Positions 48,315-58,190 of a stretch of DNA of 64,000 nt are shown one piece after another. The translations under genes were made by a program, and so were the position numbers. The stretch is from the IMG/VR virus record IMGVR_UViG_3300033442_000004, positions 56,773-120,772 of that record; one strand, 5' to 3'. The notes below the pieces were generated by a model. The model ran no database searches. It was not told the origin of the DNA and saw only the letters and a list, made by a program, of their open reading frames with translations. Position 1 is the stretch's first letter. Each line of letters opens with the position of its first letter. The stretch is from a virus.

Positions 48315-49331
48315 ATGGAAGTCCAGCTGATTGCCGTTGACCGAATCCTCTTGGATCAACGCAACCCGCGCATTGCGCACGCGACAGAGCCTTTGGCAGG
48401 CACCGTTAGCCAGGAGTGGATCACTCTCGCGCTTGGTTATTCGGCTCCAGATGATGAGGAGCGGGGGGCATCGACCAGCTATTCCAGCCTTAAAGCCTCT
48501 ATTCGGGCCAACAAGGGGATCATAAATCCCATCATCGTGACAAAAGCCTATGATGGCCGGTATGTGGTCATCGAGGGCAATACGCGCGTGGCGATTTACC
48601 GCGAGTTGGCCGAAGAAGGAGCGCCGGGTAACTGGGCCGCGATTAACGCGATAGTCCGGGAGGAAGCCGAGGAGAAAGGAGAGCATGCGATCCGCCTCCA
48701 GTCTCATTTGGTTGGTCCCAGACCATGGCGGCCATACGCGAAGGCCAAATACCTGCACGACTTGTACATTAACCAAAAGCTCTCCATTTCGGAAATTCTC
48801 GACTTTTGCGGTGGAGGGGGAAGAAGGGCGGAGATTGAGCAGTACATCGATGCGTTTAGGGATATGCATGATACGTACATTCCGCTCGCAACCGCGTCGG
48901 GCAGTCCTCCAGATTTCTCGCTCTTCAGTTCGTTCGCAGAACTACAAAGCATAAAGCCTGCTCTCGCTCGAGCCGGTTACACCCTGCACGATTTTGCCAA
49001 ATGGGTTCACGAATCCAAATTGAGCCCGCAGAACACAGTTCGGCAACTTCCTCGCATTCTCGCCAACCCGGAAGCAAAAAAGCAATTTCTCACGCACAAC
49101 GCGCGCGAGGCGTTGAAGATTCTCGATCAACCGAGCACTAGCGCCGTCATCTCAAATGCCTCCCTTGAGCAACTCGCTACCGCGCTCAGTGTAAAACTGA
49201 GGCAACTGAACTGGCCAGAGATACAGGCTATGAAGGAGGCTAAGGACGGATCCGCGAGGCTGGCCCTGCTCACCTGCTTCGATGAATTGAAGGATTTTAC
49301 GAATTTCTTAGGCGCACAGGTTGATGCCTGA
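48315..49331 (+). CDS. ParB/Srx N-terminal domain protein
   Basis: LDQRNPR, SI....GIINPIIV, VIEGNTR; GAGGGGG RBS. Confidence 0.8.
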   Translation: MEVQLIAVDRILLDQRNPRIAHATEPLAGTVSQEWITLALGYSAPDDEERGASTSYSSLKASIRANKGIINPIIVTKAYDGRYVVIEGNTRVAIYRELAEEGAPGNWAAINAIVREEAEEKGEHAIRLQSHLVGPRPWRPYAKAKYLHDLYINQKLSISEILDFCGGGGRRAEIEQYIDAFRDMHDTYIPLATASGSPPDFSLFSSFAELQSIKPALARAGYTLHDFAKWVHESKLSPQNTVRQLPRILANPEAKKQFLTHNAREALKILDQPSTSAVISNASLEQLATALSVKLRQLNWPEIQAMKEAKDGSARLALLTCFDELKDFTNFLGAQVDA

Positions 49332-49764
49332 ATCCAAGCTTCATCGGGAACTTGTGAATCGTCTAGTGACTGCGGTTCGCCCTCGACGTTCGGGGTCTTG
49401 GTTCTTGTTTGTAGATTCGAATGATGGGAGCGTCTCGGAGGGATGTCCGCCGATTTTGCGATCGGTTTGCCCCGACCTTTATGCGAGAGAGAACGTTGGA
49501 AGCCATGTGGTGATCGGCGAGGCCAAGACATCCCGCGACCTGGATAACGTTCACACTGAGAAACAATTGTACGAGTACTTTCTCCACCTGTCTAACGAGC
49601 TGTCAGGCGAACTTCTAATTGCAGTTCCTATAATGTCGGCCGGAGCGGCCCATAGGCTGTGCCGGGCAGCTAGGGCGCGGGTGGGATGTGGTGGCGTGCC
49701 ATTTGAAGTGATGGGATGGCTGTTCGGGCCTAACAAGGCGACGTGCGAGACTTGGCGTGGGTAG
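49324..49764 (+). CDS. Small PD-(D/E)xK-like protein
   Basis: PDLYA...IGEAKT. Confidence 0.55.
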   Translation: MPESKLHRELVNRLVTAVRPRRSGSWFLFVDSNDGSVSEGCPPILRSVCPDLYARENVGSHVVIGEAKTSRDLDNVHTEKQLYEYFLHLSNELSGELLIAVPIMSAGAAHRLCRAARARVGCGGVPFEVMGWLFGPNKATCETWRG

Positions 49765-51232
49765 CTATTCCTTCAAAATGGCTCATGAGCCAGAGCTAAC
49801 GGCCAAGCACGCGGCTTTTCCATATCAAGAGGAAGCTGTGGAATTCGTGTGCGGCCGGGATTTTGCCGCCATTTTCCATGAGCAAGGTCTTGGGAAGACG
49901 AAGATCGCATTCGACTGCGCCCTCAAGTGGCTGTCGACGCAGGAAGTCGATGTCGTCTTGATCGTCGCCAAGAAAGGACTCGTTGGTAACTGGCAGCGGG
50001 AATTTGAGACGCATACGCGCATTCGTCCGTTCGTGCTTAGCGAAAAGTCTGCGCAGAACTACTATGTGTTCACCACGCCGTGTCGCGTTGTGCTTGCTCA
50101 CTACGAAGCGATCAAGAAGGAAGAAAAGCGCGTACGCGCTTGGTTGAAGACAAGGAGAGTGGCCGTCTTTTTGGACGAAGCGGTGAAGATAAAGACACCA
50201 AGCGCGGATCTCGCGCAGTGCTTTTTTCGGCTGGGACCTTTGTTCGCCAAGCGCGTGATTATGACGGGAACGCCAGCGGCGAACAGGCCATACGATGTAT
50301 GGGCGCCGATTTTCTTTCTCGATCAGGGCGCGACGCTCGGAACCGACTATGATCAATTCAAGCGCAAAACCGACTTGTCGAAGGAATTCCATGGCAACGA
50401 CGTCTTGCTCGCCAACTATGGAAAGATCTTGGCCGAAGTCCAAAATAAGATTTCGGCCATTTCTGTTCGCGAGACGAAGGCGGGTGGAAGGATAACGCTG
50501 CCTTCCAAGGAGTTCGTTCGAATCGATTGCGATTGGGAGTCGAGCCAACTCGAACTCTATCGGCAAGTCAGAGAAGAACTGCGTGCTATCGTGTTTCGCG
50601 ACGGCAGGCTCATTCAGGATGATCAAGACTCGATACTAAAGCGCCTCCTGCGACTCATTCAGGTAGCATCGAATCCAAAGCTCGTTGACGAAGCATATAA
50701 CGCAGAGCCTGGCAAATTTCCTCAGCTATATGATCTACTGACGGACATCACACGCCGTGAAGAGAAGGCGATCGTCTTCACGGTGTTCAACGAAAATTCG
50801 ACCTGGCTCACCAAGAGGCTCGCTCCTTTCGGCGCTCTGTGCCTCAATGGATCGATGCCGATCGACCGGCGCAACGATACGGTGAAATGGTTTCTTCAAA
50901 ACGAGAGCGATCGCGTTCTGGTCGCGACCACCGGAGCTGCCAAGGAAGGCTTGACGCTAACAGTCGCCAATCATGTCATATTCTATGATCGTACATACAG
51001 CCTCGATGACTACTTGCAGGCGCAGGATCGGATTCACCGAGTATCACAGAAGCGGGATTGCTTCGTCTACACCATGATCATGCGGAATTCGGTAGATGAA
51101 TGGATCGATGCCCTGCTTGCTCAAAAACACCTGGCCGCGCAACTGACGCAGGGTGACATCGATAGGGAAATATATGGCGAACAGGCCGATTTCTCGTTCG
51201 TGGACATCTTGCATTCGATCTTGAGTTCTTGA
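49757..51232 (+). CDS. SNF2-family helicase
   Basis: EQGLGKT, DEAV, MTGTP, EGLTL, QAQDRIHR. Confidence 0.9.
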   Translation: MGSYSFKMAHEPELTAKHAAFPYQEEAVEFVCGRDFAAIFHEQGLGKTKIAFDCALKWLSTQEVDVVLIVAKKGLVGNWQREFETHTRIRPFVLSEKSAQNYYVFTTPCRVVLAHYEAIKKEEKRVRAWLKTRRVAVFLDEAVKIKTPSADLAQCFFRLGPLFAKRVIMTGTPAANRPYDVWAPIFFLDQGATLGTDYDQFKRKTDLSKEFHGNDVLLANYGKILAEVQNKISAISVRETKAGGRITLPSKEFVRIDCDWESSQLELYRQVREELRAIVFRDGRLIQDDQDSILKRLLRLIQVASNPKLVDEAYNAEPGKFPQLYDLLTDITRREEKAIVFTVFNENSTWLTKRLAPFGALCLNGSMPIDRRNDTVKWFLQNESDRVLVATTGAAKEGLTLTVANHVIFYDRTYSLDDYLQAQDRIHRVSQKRDCFVYTMIMRNSVDEWIDALLAQKHLAAQLTQGDIDREIYGEQADFSFVDILHSILSS

Positions 51233-51234
51233 CC

Positions 51235-52251
51235 ATGAGCCCGCACTCGGACGTAATCACGCTTAGACAAAAAGAGGTGCCTCTGGTCGTCGACAGCGTC
51301 GACAACCACAAGCTCCGATTTTACGCGGAGAATCCGCGTATCTACTCGCACATCTGGAGCGAAGGCCGCGAACCAACTCAGCAAGAGATTTTCGATGTCC
51401 TAGCCAAAACGGAGCATGTGCGAGAGGTCTTGATGCCGTCCATCAAGACAAATGGCGGATTAATCGAGCCGCTCTTGGTAAAGGGAAACGTCGTTCTTGA
51501 GGGGAACAGCCGGCTCGCTGCATACAGGTTGCTTTCCGAGAATGATCAGGAGAAATGGCGCCTTGTCCGTGTGCGGCGCCTTCCTAGTGATATCTCTGAG
51601 GCGGATGTCTTCGCCTTGCTCGGCGAATACCATATCGTTGGTAAGAAGGACTGGGCGCCCTTTGAGCAGGCTGGCTACCTATACAGACGGCACAAGACCC
51701 ATGGCATCAATGAAGCCGATCTTGAAAAGGAGATCGGACTTGGTGCGCATAAGATCAGGCACCTGATCCGCGTGTACCAATTCATGCGAGACCACAACGA
51801 TCAAAACCCGAGTCGCTGGAGCTACTACGATGAGTTGCTCAAGGGTCGGAAATTTGCGGACGCGGTCGCAAAATATCCCGACTTCAACGAGATCATCGTA
51901 GAGAAAATCAATTCAGGAGAGATTGAGCGTGCAGTGGATTTGCGCGACCGGCTGCCACTCATAACGAAAGCAGGCGGCAATACGCTGAAGAAATTCATTG
52001 CTGGCACATACTCGTTCGAAGATGCCGTGGCGGATGCACGGTTAAGAGGTGCCGGTAATTACAACGTCAAAAAGCTTCATGAATTTCGACAATGGTTAGC
52101 CGAGGCGCAGCTCGATGACGAGTTTCGATCGAGCAAAGACAAGCAGATGCTCAAGTTTGAATTGGACAAGATCAATCGCAGGGTCCGAGGACTACTGCAG
52201 GTAGTGGATGGCTCCCCGCCGCAGAAGAAGAGCGCTGCAGCGAAGAAGTAA
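51235..52251 (+). CDS. Second ParB/Srx N-terminal domain protein
   Basis: ENPRI, SI..NGGLIEPL, VLEGNSR, KDW.PFEQA. Confidence 0.8.
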   Translation: MSPHSDVITLRQKEVPLVVDSVDNHKLRFYAENPRIYSHIWSEGREPTQQEIFDVLAKTEHVREVLMPSIKTNGGLIEPLLVKGNVVLEGNSRLAAYRLLSENDQEKWRLVRVRRLPSDISEADVFALLGEYHIVGKKDWAPFEQAGYLYRRHKTHGINEADLEKEIGLGAHKIRHLIRVYQFMRDHNDQNPSRWSYYDELLKGRKFADAVAKYPDFNEIIVEKINSGEIERAVDLRDRLPLITKAGGNTLKKFIAGTYSFEDAVADARLRGAGNYNVKKLHEFRQWLAEAQLDDEFRSSKDKQMLKFELDKINRRVRGLLQVVDGSPPQKKSAAAKK

Positions 52252-52256
52252 AAGGG

Positions 52257-53756
52257 CTATTGACAAAGTCGTTGCAGAGCGGTCAGCAGTTTCCTTGCCT
52301 GCTCGCGATTTGTGACGATCTTCGCAATGAGCGACGCCGCTTCGTCAAGCGCCACGGCGGATGCTCCACGCTTTGGTGTGAGGTCAGTAAGTCGGCGTTT
52401 CAGGCGGTCGATTTTCTTCAGGAGAGGCTTCGCCTGAGTTTCGTCCTCGAGCCTCTTAACGTGCGTCTCAGCACGCAAGAGCGTCGATTTCAATCGGGAC
52501 AACTCCGCTGGATCGAACCTCTGCCGCTGCTTTAAGCGATCCTCGATCGCCTGGATTGCTTTGTCAGCGCTCACACCGTTGTTCCGAGCGACGGAGGATG
52601 TACGGCACCGGTGCGCGATCTTCGCGGCCAGCGGCCCGAGTTGAACCAGCAGGTTGTAGTAGTGGTGATTGACCTCGAAATTGTCGCGACGCCCGTTCGG
52701 GACGATTCGTTGATCTAAAACGTGTATCTCGCCTATGCTCCAGCCATTGAAGCGACGTTCTTTGAAAACGTCCTCGAACAAGTTATTCTCACCAACCTGG
52801 AGATCCCCACTTCGTGCTCTAATCCCGCTGACACCCAAGCTAGGCGGAATGCTCCTGATGTACTCGTGATCAGCGATCCAAGCGACCGCTCCCGCTCTTC
52901 CATCCACATCCGGAAATTCGACAAACTCGATGCCTTTGACGTGCAGCGCTTGCGAGGTGCTAGGAAAAACAATCTCGTCGCGGTACGGTCTAACGATCAC
53001 CTCATTGGCCACAGTCAGGTTCAGGGGAATGCTCGTCCGATGGAGCGAGAGTGTCTTGTCTATCTCGGGGCCGAAGGAAAAATCTGGAGAGAATGGAAGG
53101 GGCGCCACCTCTGACAGGTAATTTCCGATTAGTTGCTCGTTCAGCAAAACATCGTTGCGTAAACGAGAGATGTCATTTAGCCGGACTTCGAAGAAGTGCT
53201 CCGACGTTTTCGGAGCTTTCTCATGCCTGACCGTCACCGCCTGGGCGAGGACTTGTTCTAGGTTGCCGTGAAACGCCGCATCGCGCAGACATTCCCGCAT
53301 CGCCCGACTGCTCCATCTCACGATAGAGACGTCATCTTCGCCGGCTGCTTTTGTCCTGAATTCGAGTTCTTTGCAATAAGCGAGACCTGAGAGGCGGCCT
53401 ACGCCACGGAACCCGCGAGCCCCTGTGCCGCGTTTTGACGAAGCGCCAATTGCGAGGAGCGTTGAAATGACGTTTCGCTTCTTGAGGCCAGCACCATTGT
53501 CGCGAATGGTGACCGATCGAGCAGCGTGATCAAACGAAATCGATACCTCGCCGCGAGATCGGGGGCCGATCAAAGCTTGTTCACGAGCCGCATCGATGGC
53601 GTCGGCAGCATTCTGAACGTACTCCCGGTAGATGGTTACAGGAGAAACGTACATACCGCTGGAAAGGAGTTCGATGATGTCCTTTCCAACCTTGATGTCT
53701 TGGGTCGCTATGCGGCTCCAGTCATCTGCCTCTCTGCGGGGGAGAACCGACGTCAT
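52257..53756 (-). CDS. GHKL (Hsp90/MORC-like) ATPase
   Basis: REYVQNAADA, IRDNGAG, GFRGVGRL. Confidence 0.88.
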   Translation of the reverse strand: MTSVLPRREADDWSRIATQDIKVGKDIIELLSSGMYVSPVTIYREYVQNAADAIDAAREQALIGPRSRGEVSISFDHAARSVTIRDNGAGLKKRNVISTLLAIGASSKRGTGARGFRGVGRLSGLAYCKELEFRTKAAGEDDVSIVRWSSRAMRECLRDAAFHGNLEQVLAQAVTVRHEKAPKTSEHFFEVRLNDISRLRNDVLLNEQLIGNYLSEVAPLPFSPDFSFGPEIDKTLSLHRTSIPLNLTVANEVIVRPYRDEIVFPSTSQALHVKGIEFVEFPDVDGRAGAVAWIADHEYIRSIPPSLGVSGIRARSGDLQVGENNLFEDVFKERRFNGWSIGEIHVLDQRIVPNGRRDNFEVNHHYYNLLVQLGPLAAKIAHRCRTSSVARNNGVSADKAIQAIEDRLKQRQRFDPAELSRLKSTLLRAETHVKRLEDETQAKPLLKKIDRLKRRLTDLTPKRGASAVALDEAASLIAKIVTNREQARKLLTALQRLCQ

Positions 53757-55384
53757 TATGCTGCCTCCTGCCTACGACGCTTGCGTTTCAGAGTGACCGG
53801 CTCGTAGCTCTCTTCCTCTTCGAGGCCGGCGTCTTCGACGATTTCCTCAGGAGACAATCCGATCTTCGTCTGTTTCTCCGCTAGGAGACGCTTTTGTTGC
53901 ACTCGCCGAATTTCCAACTCCTCCTCTCTCGCGATAGGGATGTAAAACTCAGCTACGCCACGCACATTTGCGGGCAGGTCGCCAATCGAATTGCGATACA
54001 AAGAGGGATTGTGGCGGGACAGGAACCCGATCAGCTCCGCTCGTTCGCTCGGCGAGAGGCGGGTCAAGGAAGCACGCCACTGGTCAAGTGCGCCTCGCCC
54101 CTCGTAGCGTTCGTACCATTGTCTATTGAAGATCATGTGGTGCGGGCGCGAGAGAATGTCCTCAAATTCCTGATGGCTTCCGCCAAAGGCCGCTTTGTAA
54201 AAATCGGGTTCACCAGAGACGACGCCGCGCGTCGCCTGCAATACAAGTTGCACGGAGCGCAGGTAGTACCGATTCCACTTGTCGCCGACGTGAGAGCGAT
54301 CAGGTAAATCGGTGGGCTGGTAGCGCATAGGGAATGAATAGATGCGGATAGAAAGTTCCTCATTGAGTTTCACGTTCAGGTACATCCGCTCAAAAAGGTC
54401 CGCGGGAGAATCATGGAAGTTGTACAGCATGTAGTTCGACAGATCGTTCATGCCGAACTCGTGCGCGTAGCGGATTGCCGTTTCGTAAGGTGCTTTCAAA
54501 CCTAGATGGTCGAAGGCGATCCTCAGCGGGCTGATGCAGATCGAGGAAAGCTCGCGAAGGTACATCTTGTCCTTGCAGAGAATTCGTGCGTCTACACCTT
54601 GATTGAAGTCAACACGTCGCTGAGAGGCAACTCGCTCGTTGGAGCGTCTCAGCTTCGCGCCGCGCTCGAAACCTAGGTCTCGTATCTCTGCAATGATTTC
54701 TTTGAACCGAGATGAAGCGACAACGTTGTTGTCCATCAGTAACAGGTCGCGCCGAGGACCGTACAGTTTATCAACGGATTCCACCAATTGGGTAAGCGGC
54801 GTCGCATCGCGCTGAGCGCCCTCAAGCTTAGGCACTCCGCAAAAATGACACTTGCGAATGCATCCGCGTGAGGCGTAGGCGAAGTAGGCGTCCCGGACCG
54901 GATACTTGTACTCTATGTGCTCTAGGATGCTGTAGTCGGGGGTAAGGTCCTCAATTGGGGTGCTAGACCGGTCGTCAGCATAAAAGTCTCCGTCTTCTTC
55001 GTTCAGCTGCAGCGCGCCAGCGGGCGCCTGATCCAGTAAGCCGCGGATGAAGCGAATACCACGCCAACGGGTCTCGGTCAGAAAGCGCGAATGCATTAGG
55101 GAGGCTGCAATTCCACCAACGAATACCCGCTGGGATTGTCCTTGCACGAGGTCGAGCGCGAATTCGATTGTCTCTGCAATCTTGGGATATTCGAACGAAA
55201 AGAGGGTGGTGATGTAGATCCGGTCCCAAGATTGGAGCCGAAGGCTTTGATCAATACCCTTGGCGAATTTTACCTGATCCTTCTTGCCGTTGGGCCCGTG
55301 ATACTGGGCAATTTTCATTAGGCCGAGTGGGGGGTATTTGTTTTTGTACCCCGGCTCCAACAGCAAAATTTTCTTCCCTGGCAT
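53756..55384 (-). CDS. Radical SAM protein with cobalamin-binding-like N-terminus
   Basis: YPPLGLMKI, VGGIAASL, SRGCIRKCHFC (CxxxCxxC), DNN, DFNQGVD. Confidence 0.88.
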   Translation of the reverse strand: MPGKKILLLEPGYKNKYPPLGLMKIAQYHGPNGKKDQVKFAKGIDQSLRLQSWDRIYITTLFSFEYPKIAETIEFALDLVQGQSQRVFVGGIAASLMHSRFLTETRWRGIRFIRGLLDQAPAGALQLNEEDGDFYADDRSSTPIEDLTPDYSILEHIEYKYPVRDAYFAYASRGCIRKCHFCGVPKLEGAQRDATPLTQLVESVDKLYGPRRDLLLMDNNVVASSRFKEIIAEIRDLGFERGAKLRRSNERVASQRRVDFNQGVDARILCKDKMYLRELSSICISPLRIAFDHLGLKAPYETAIRYAHEFGMNDLSNYMLYNFHDSPADLFERMYLNVKLNEELSIRIYSFPMRYQPTDLPDRSHVGDKWNRYYLRSVQLVLQATRGVVSGEPDFYKAAFGGSHQEFEDILSRPHHMIFNRQWYERYEGRGALDQWRASLTRLSPSERAELIGFLSRHNPSLYRNSIGDLPANVRGVAEFYIPIAREEELEIRRVQQKRLLAEKQTKIGLSPEEIVEDAGLEEEESYEPVTLKRKRRRQEAA

Positions 55385-55619
55385 ACTCGGCCCCCTATTT
55401 GGGGGCCGAGCATACACCACGGAATCTGAGAATGCGATCGCAAAGTTGTGTACGCGCCGGATGCCTTGTCCAAAGTCCCAGAAGGCTGTTGAAAAGTCTG
55501 TCTGACCCAGTAGAACGCGGGTATTGCTCTTTGCATTGAAGCAAACGTCAGGGGCACATGATCCAGTCCGACCTGTGAGATGACGACCTGGGTCTCGTGC
55601 CTCGCAATCTGATGGTGCG

Positions 55620-55796
55620 TCAGGCTTTCTGGTTTCGGACGAGGCTGGCTTTCCAGCCTTTGGATTTGATGTATGCCCGCGCCTGATCGTCGGTCTTTCC
55701 GACAAGATACTTCAGGATTGGGGCCGCGCGCCGCACCACGCCATCAGTCTCGAAACCGGCCACGAAATGCGGCGCCACCACCCGGATCAAACGCAT
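55620..55796 (-). CDS. Small hypothetical phage protein
   Basis: MRLIRVVAPHFVAG...AAPILKY. Confidence 0.55.
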   Translation of the reverse strand: MRLIRVVAPHFVAGFETDGVVRRAAPILKYLVGKTDDQARAYIKSKGWKASLVRNQKA

Positions 55797-55800
55797 GGTT

Positions 55801-56325
55801 TCAGGTCGGCGAGACCCAGGCTCGGATGCGGTTGCGCGGGTAGACAGCCTCTCGAACGCGGCCGCGCGAGTTGCCGCTGATGACGATTGGATCGCCATTG
55901 GCCTTGAAGCCTGAAACTACGCCGACATGGCCGCCGCCACGGCGACCCATCGTCACGACGGCGCCCACCTGCGGGGTGATGTGTTGCTTGCGCTCCCAAG
56001 AGAGGGCGCGGTCATCGACACCAGAGGCGCCAGTGATCTTGCGGATGAATGCCGAGCACCACAGGGTGGAGCGGACGCCAACCTGGTGTGCCGTAGCACC
56101 GATGAACTGGCGGGCGCGATCTACGACGCCGCTACCGGCCTCGAAACCGCTATGGATACCCGAGCTGAAGTGATCGAAGAACGACGGTTCCTGGGCCTGC
56201 ACCACGACGCGCTGAGCGTGGTGGTGGCCGTGATGACGATGATGGTGCCTCGGGCGGGCCTCAGCGGCCGAAAAAGACGCAGCGAGGATTGCGGCGCAAA
56301 GCAGCGCCGTTGTTGACTTTCTCAA
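55801..56325 (-). CDS. Secreted CHAP/NlpC-P60-like peptidoglycan hydrolase
   Basis: Signal peptide, LWCSAF, GGHVG.V, ISGN; TTG start with AGGAG RBS. Confidence 0.75.
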   Translation of the reverse strand: MRKSTTALLCAAILAASFSAAEARPRHHHRHHGHHHAQRVVVQAQEPSFFDHFSSGIHSGFEAGSGVVDRARQFIGATAHQVGVRSTLWCSAFIRKITGASGVDDRALSWERKQHITPQVGAVVTMGRRGGGHVGVVSGFKANGDPIVISGNSRGRVREAVYPRNRIRAWVSPT

Positions 56326-56351
56326 GATTTGGACTCCTATGGGGGGCGGGA

Positions 56352-56633
56352 TCAGGCCGTTGTGCGTGCTGCGACCCGTTGGCGGTCTGCTTCGACCGCG
56401 AGGTAGGTTGGATGCTTGGTCCATTCGTCGGCGTTCTGGAGCGCGAACGCCTGCTGCACCTGCATGATGAAGAGGCGCGCGGCCTCTTCGCTCATGTCAG
56501 CGAGCACCTGCTCGCCAGAGGTCATGCGGAAGGACATCTTCGGCTCCTCACCTGTGTCGGTGTCGACGTTCTTCGCTGCGACGAACTCGATCGGCCCTGC
56601 TTTCAGTCGGGCTACTTGGACTGCTTGGATCAT
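56352..56633 (-). CDS. Hypothetical protein
   Basis: Coupled ORF. Confidence 0.6.
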   Translation of the reverse strand: MIQAVQVARLKAGPIEFVAAKNVDTDTGEEPKMSFRMTSGEQVLADMSEEAARLFIMQVQQAFALQNADEWTKHPTYLAVEADRQRVAARTTA

Positions 56634-57259
56634 GCTGCTGCCTCCACGATGGCTGGTTGGTTGTCGTTAAACTTCGAGGTCTCGTTGCCCCATGAGTCCC
56701 AGCCGGGACGCTGCTCTCGGCTGAAGATGTCGGCCTTCGGATACGGGCCAGCCATCTTCTCGGCCTCGACGTAGCCCTCGTCGGGCTTGCGCGAGTGCTC
56801 GCGGCGCGGGGAAAGGATTGCAGAGCGGATGTCGCGTGCGTGTATCTTCGGCTTGCCGACCTTTCCGATCAGGAAGGGCTCGTGGCAGTTGCGCAGCGCG
56901 TAGCCTGTGCCGAAGGTCGGCTTGCTGCCGTCCTTGACCATCTTCACCCAGACGCCCTGGGTGACGTAGGTGACGCTCCAGCGTCTGAAGCACTCGCGCG
57001 CCTGGTCGTACATCGGCGCGGTGGCGTAGAGCCAAACCCACATGCCATCGCGATGCGCGAGGCGCTCGACGTCCAGCTCGAAGATCTCTTCGAGCGTCAT
57101 CGTGTCGTAGTGCTGCTCGGCGGACTTGCTTTTGCCCTTGGCCGAATAGGTCTTGAAGGCCCACGGCGGATCGATCTTCGCGAGCCCGTAGTTGTGCTCC
57201 TTCAACGGCGCGAGGTTGAACGTCGGCGGCGGCAGGATGGGGAAGGGTTTGATCTGCAT
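56630..57259 (-). CDS. MT-A70-family adenine methyltransferase
   Basis: DPPW, HYDTM, GTGY..R...E, HSRKP, FSRE.RPGWDSWGNE. Confidence 0.9.
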   Translation of the reverse strand: MQIKPFPILPPPTFNLAPLKEHNYGLAKIDPPWAFKTYSAKGKSKSAEQHYDTMTLEEIFELDVERLAHRDGMWVWLYATAPMYDQARECFRRWSVTYVTQGVWVKMVKDGSKPTFGTGYALRNCHEPFLIGKVGKPKIHARDIRSAILSPRREHSRKPDEGYVEAEKMAGPYPKADIFSREQRPGWDSWGNETSKFNDNQPAIVEAAA

Positions 57260-57321
57260 TTTGCTCTGTTTGCATTCAAGCAAACGACAGGGCGCACGTA
57301 TCCCGTCGATGCTGATGGCGG

Positions 57322-57504
57322 TTACTTCATCAGGTCGGCGAAGGTCTTGTTGATGCGCTCGATGCGTTCGACGTTGCAGCCGTAGCACCAGGCGCCCCAG
57401 TGGGTTTTGTGGCAGGAGTTGCCGCAGCCCAGGCAGCTCGTGAGCTTGCCGGTCTTGTAGCGCTCCGGGTCACGCCACGGCTGGGGCTCGGGCGTGGACA
57501 TCAC
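57322..57504 (-). CDS. Small Cys-rich protein
   Basis: CxxC...CxxC. Confidence 0.55.
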   Translation of the reverse strand: MMSTPEPQPWRDPERYKTGKLTSCLGCGNSCHKTHWGAWCYGCNVERIERINKTFADLMK

Positions 57505-57695
57505 TTGCTCTCCGCGGCTGCGAGCGCGGCGCGGCCGGCGTCTGTGATGCGGAACTGGTTGCCGTAGGCCGGATGCCTCTCCTTCACGAAATAGCCCAGC
57601 TCGGCCAGCTTTGCGGTGGACTTCTGCTTGAACAGACCCCAGCCAGCCGGGCGCCCGGCTGCATCCTGCAGGGCTTCGATCTCGCGCTTATTCAT
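57501..57695 (-). CDS. Small winged-helix-like protein
   Basis: L..LGY...F.IT.AGRAAL. Confidence 0.55.
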   Translation of the reverse strand: MNKREIEALQDAAGRPAGWGLFKQKSTAKLAELGYFVKERHPAYGNQFRITDAGRAALAAAESK

Positions 57696-57702
57696 GGTGT
57701 CC

Positions 57703-57897
57703 TCAGCGTGGTGTGACGATGACTTCGATCTCGCGACCGATGTAGAAGGCCCGCTTGTTCCGGTCAGTCATGGGAACGTGGACGGCGATCGACATCCACG
57801 GCTGCCATTCGGCCGCGCCGACCGCGCGTCCTTGAGCCTGCACATGCAGCTTGTCCCCCAGGTCTCGTGCTTCCAGTACGTGTGCTTCAATCTTCAC
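57703..57897 (-). CDS. Hypothetical protein
   Basis: GTG start coupled to the upstream stop. Confidence 0.55.
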   Translation of the reverse strand: MKIEAHVLEARDLGDKLHVQAQGRAVGAAEWQPWMSIAVHVPMTDRNKRAFYIGREIEVIVTPR

Positions 57898-58190
57898 TTC
57901 TGCTCCTCTCGCCACTTCTTCGCTTCAGCGGTCAGCCGCTTGTCGATGATCTCGTCGTCGTTCTTGGCAGTGATCGCCTGCACCAGCAGGCCATCGGGCA
58001 GCACCGACTGGCAGGGCTGCTTCTTGTCCGGACGCTTGCAGGAAGGCTCGGTGAGCTTCTCGCGGACCACGAACATCTCGCGGTCGGGTCCGAAGCGCTC
58101 GATCAGGCCGTCCTTGCTGAGCCGGCCCTCGCGGTCACACTTCGAACATTTCACCCGGACATAGGGCAGCGGCCAGGCGCCGAGCTTCAT
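57894..58190 (-). CDS. Zinc-binding hypothetical protein
   Basis: VRVKCSKC.R.GR...LIERFG. Confidence 0.65.
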   Translation of the reverse strand: MKLGAWPLPYVRVKCSKCDREGRLSKDGLIERFGPDREMFVVREKLTEPSCKRPDKKQPCQSVLPDGLLVQAITAKNDDEIIDKRLTAEAKKWREEQK

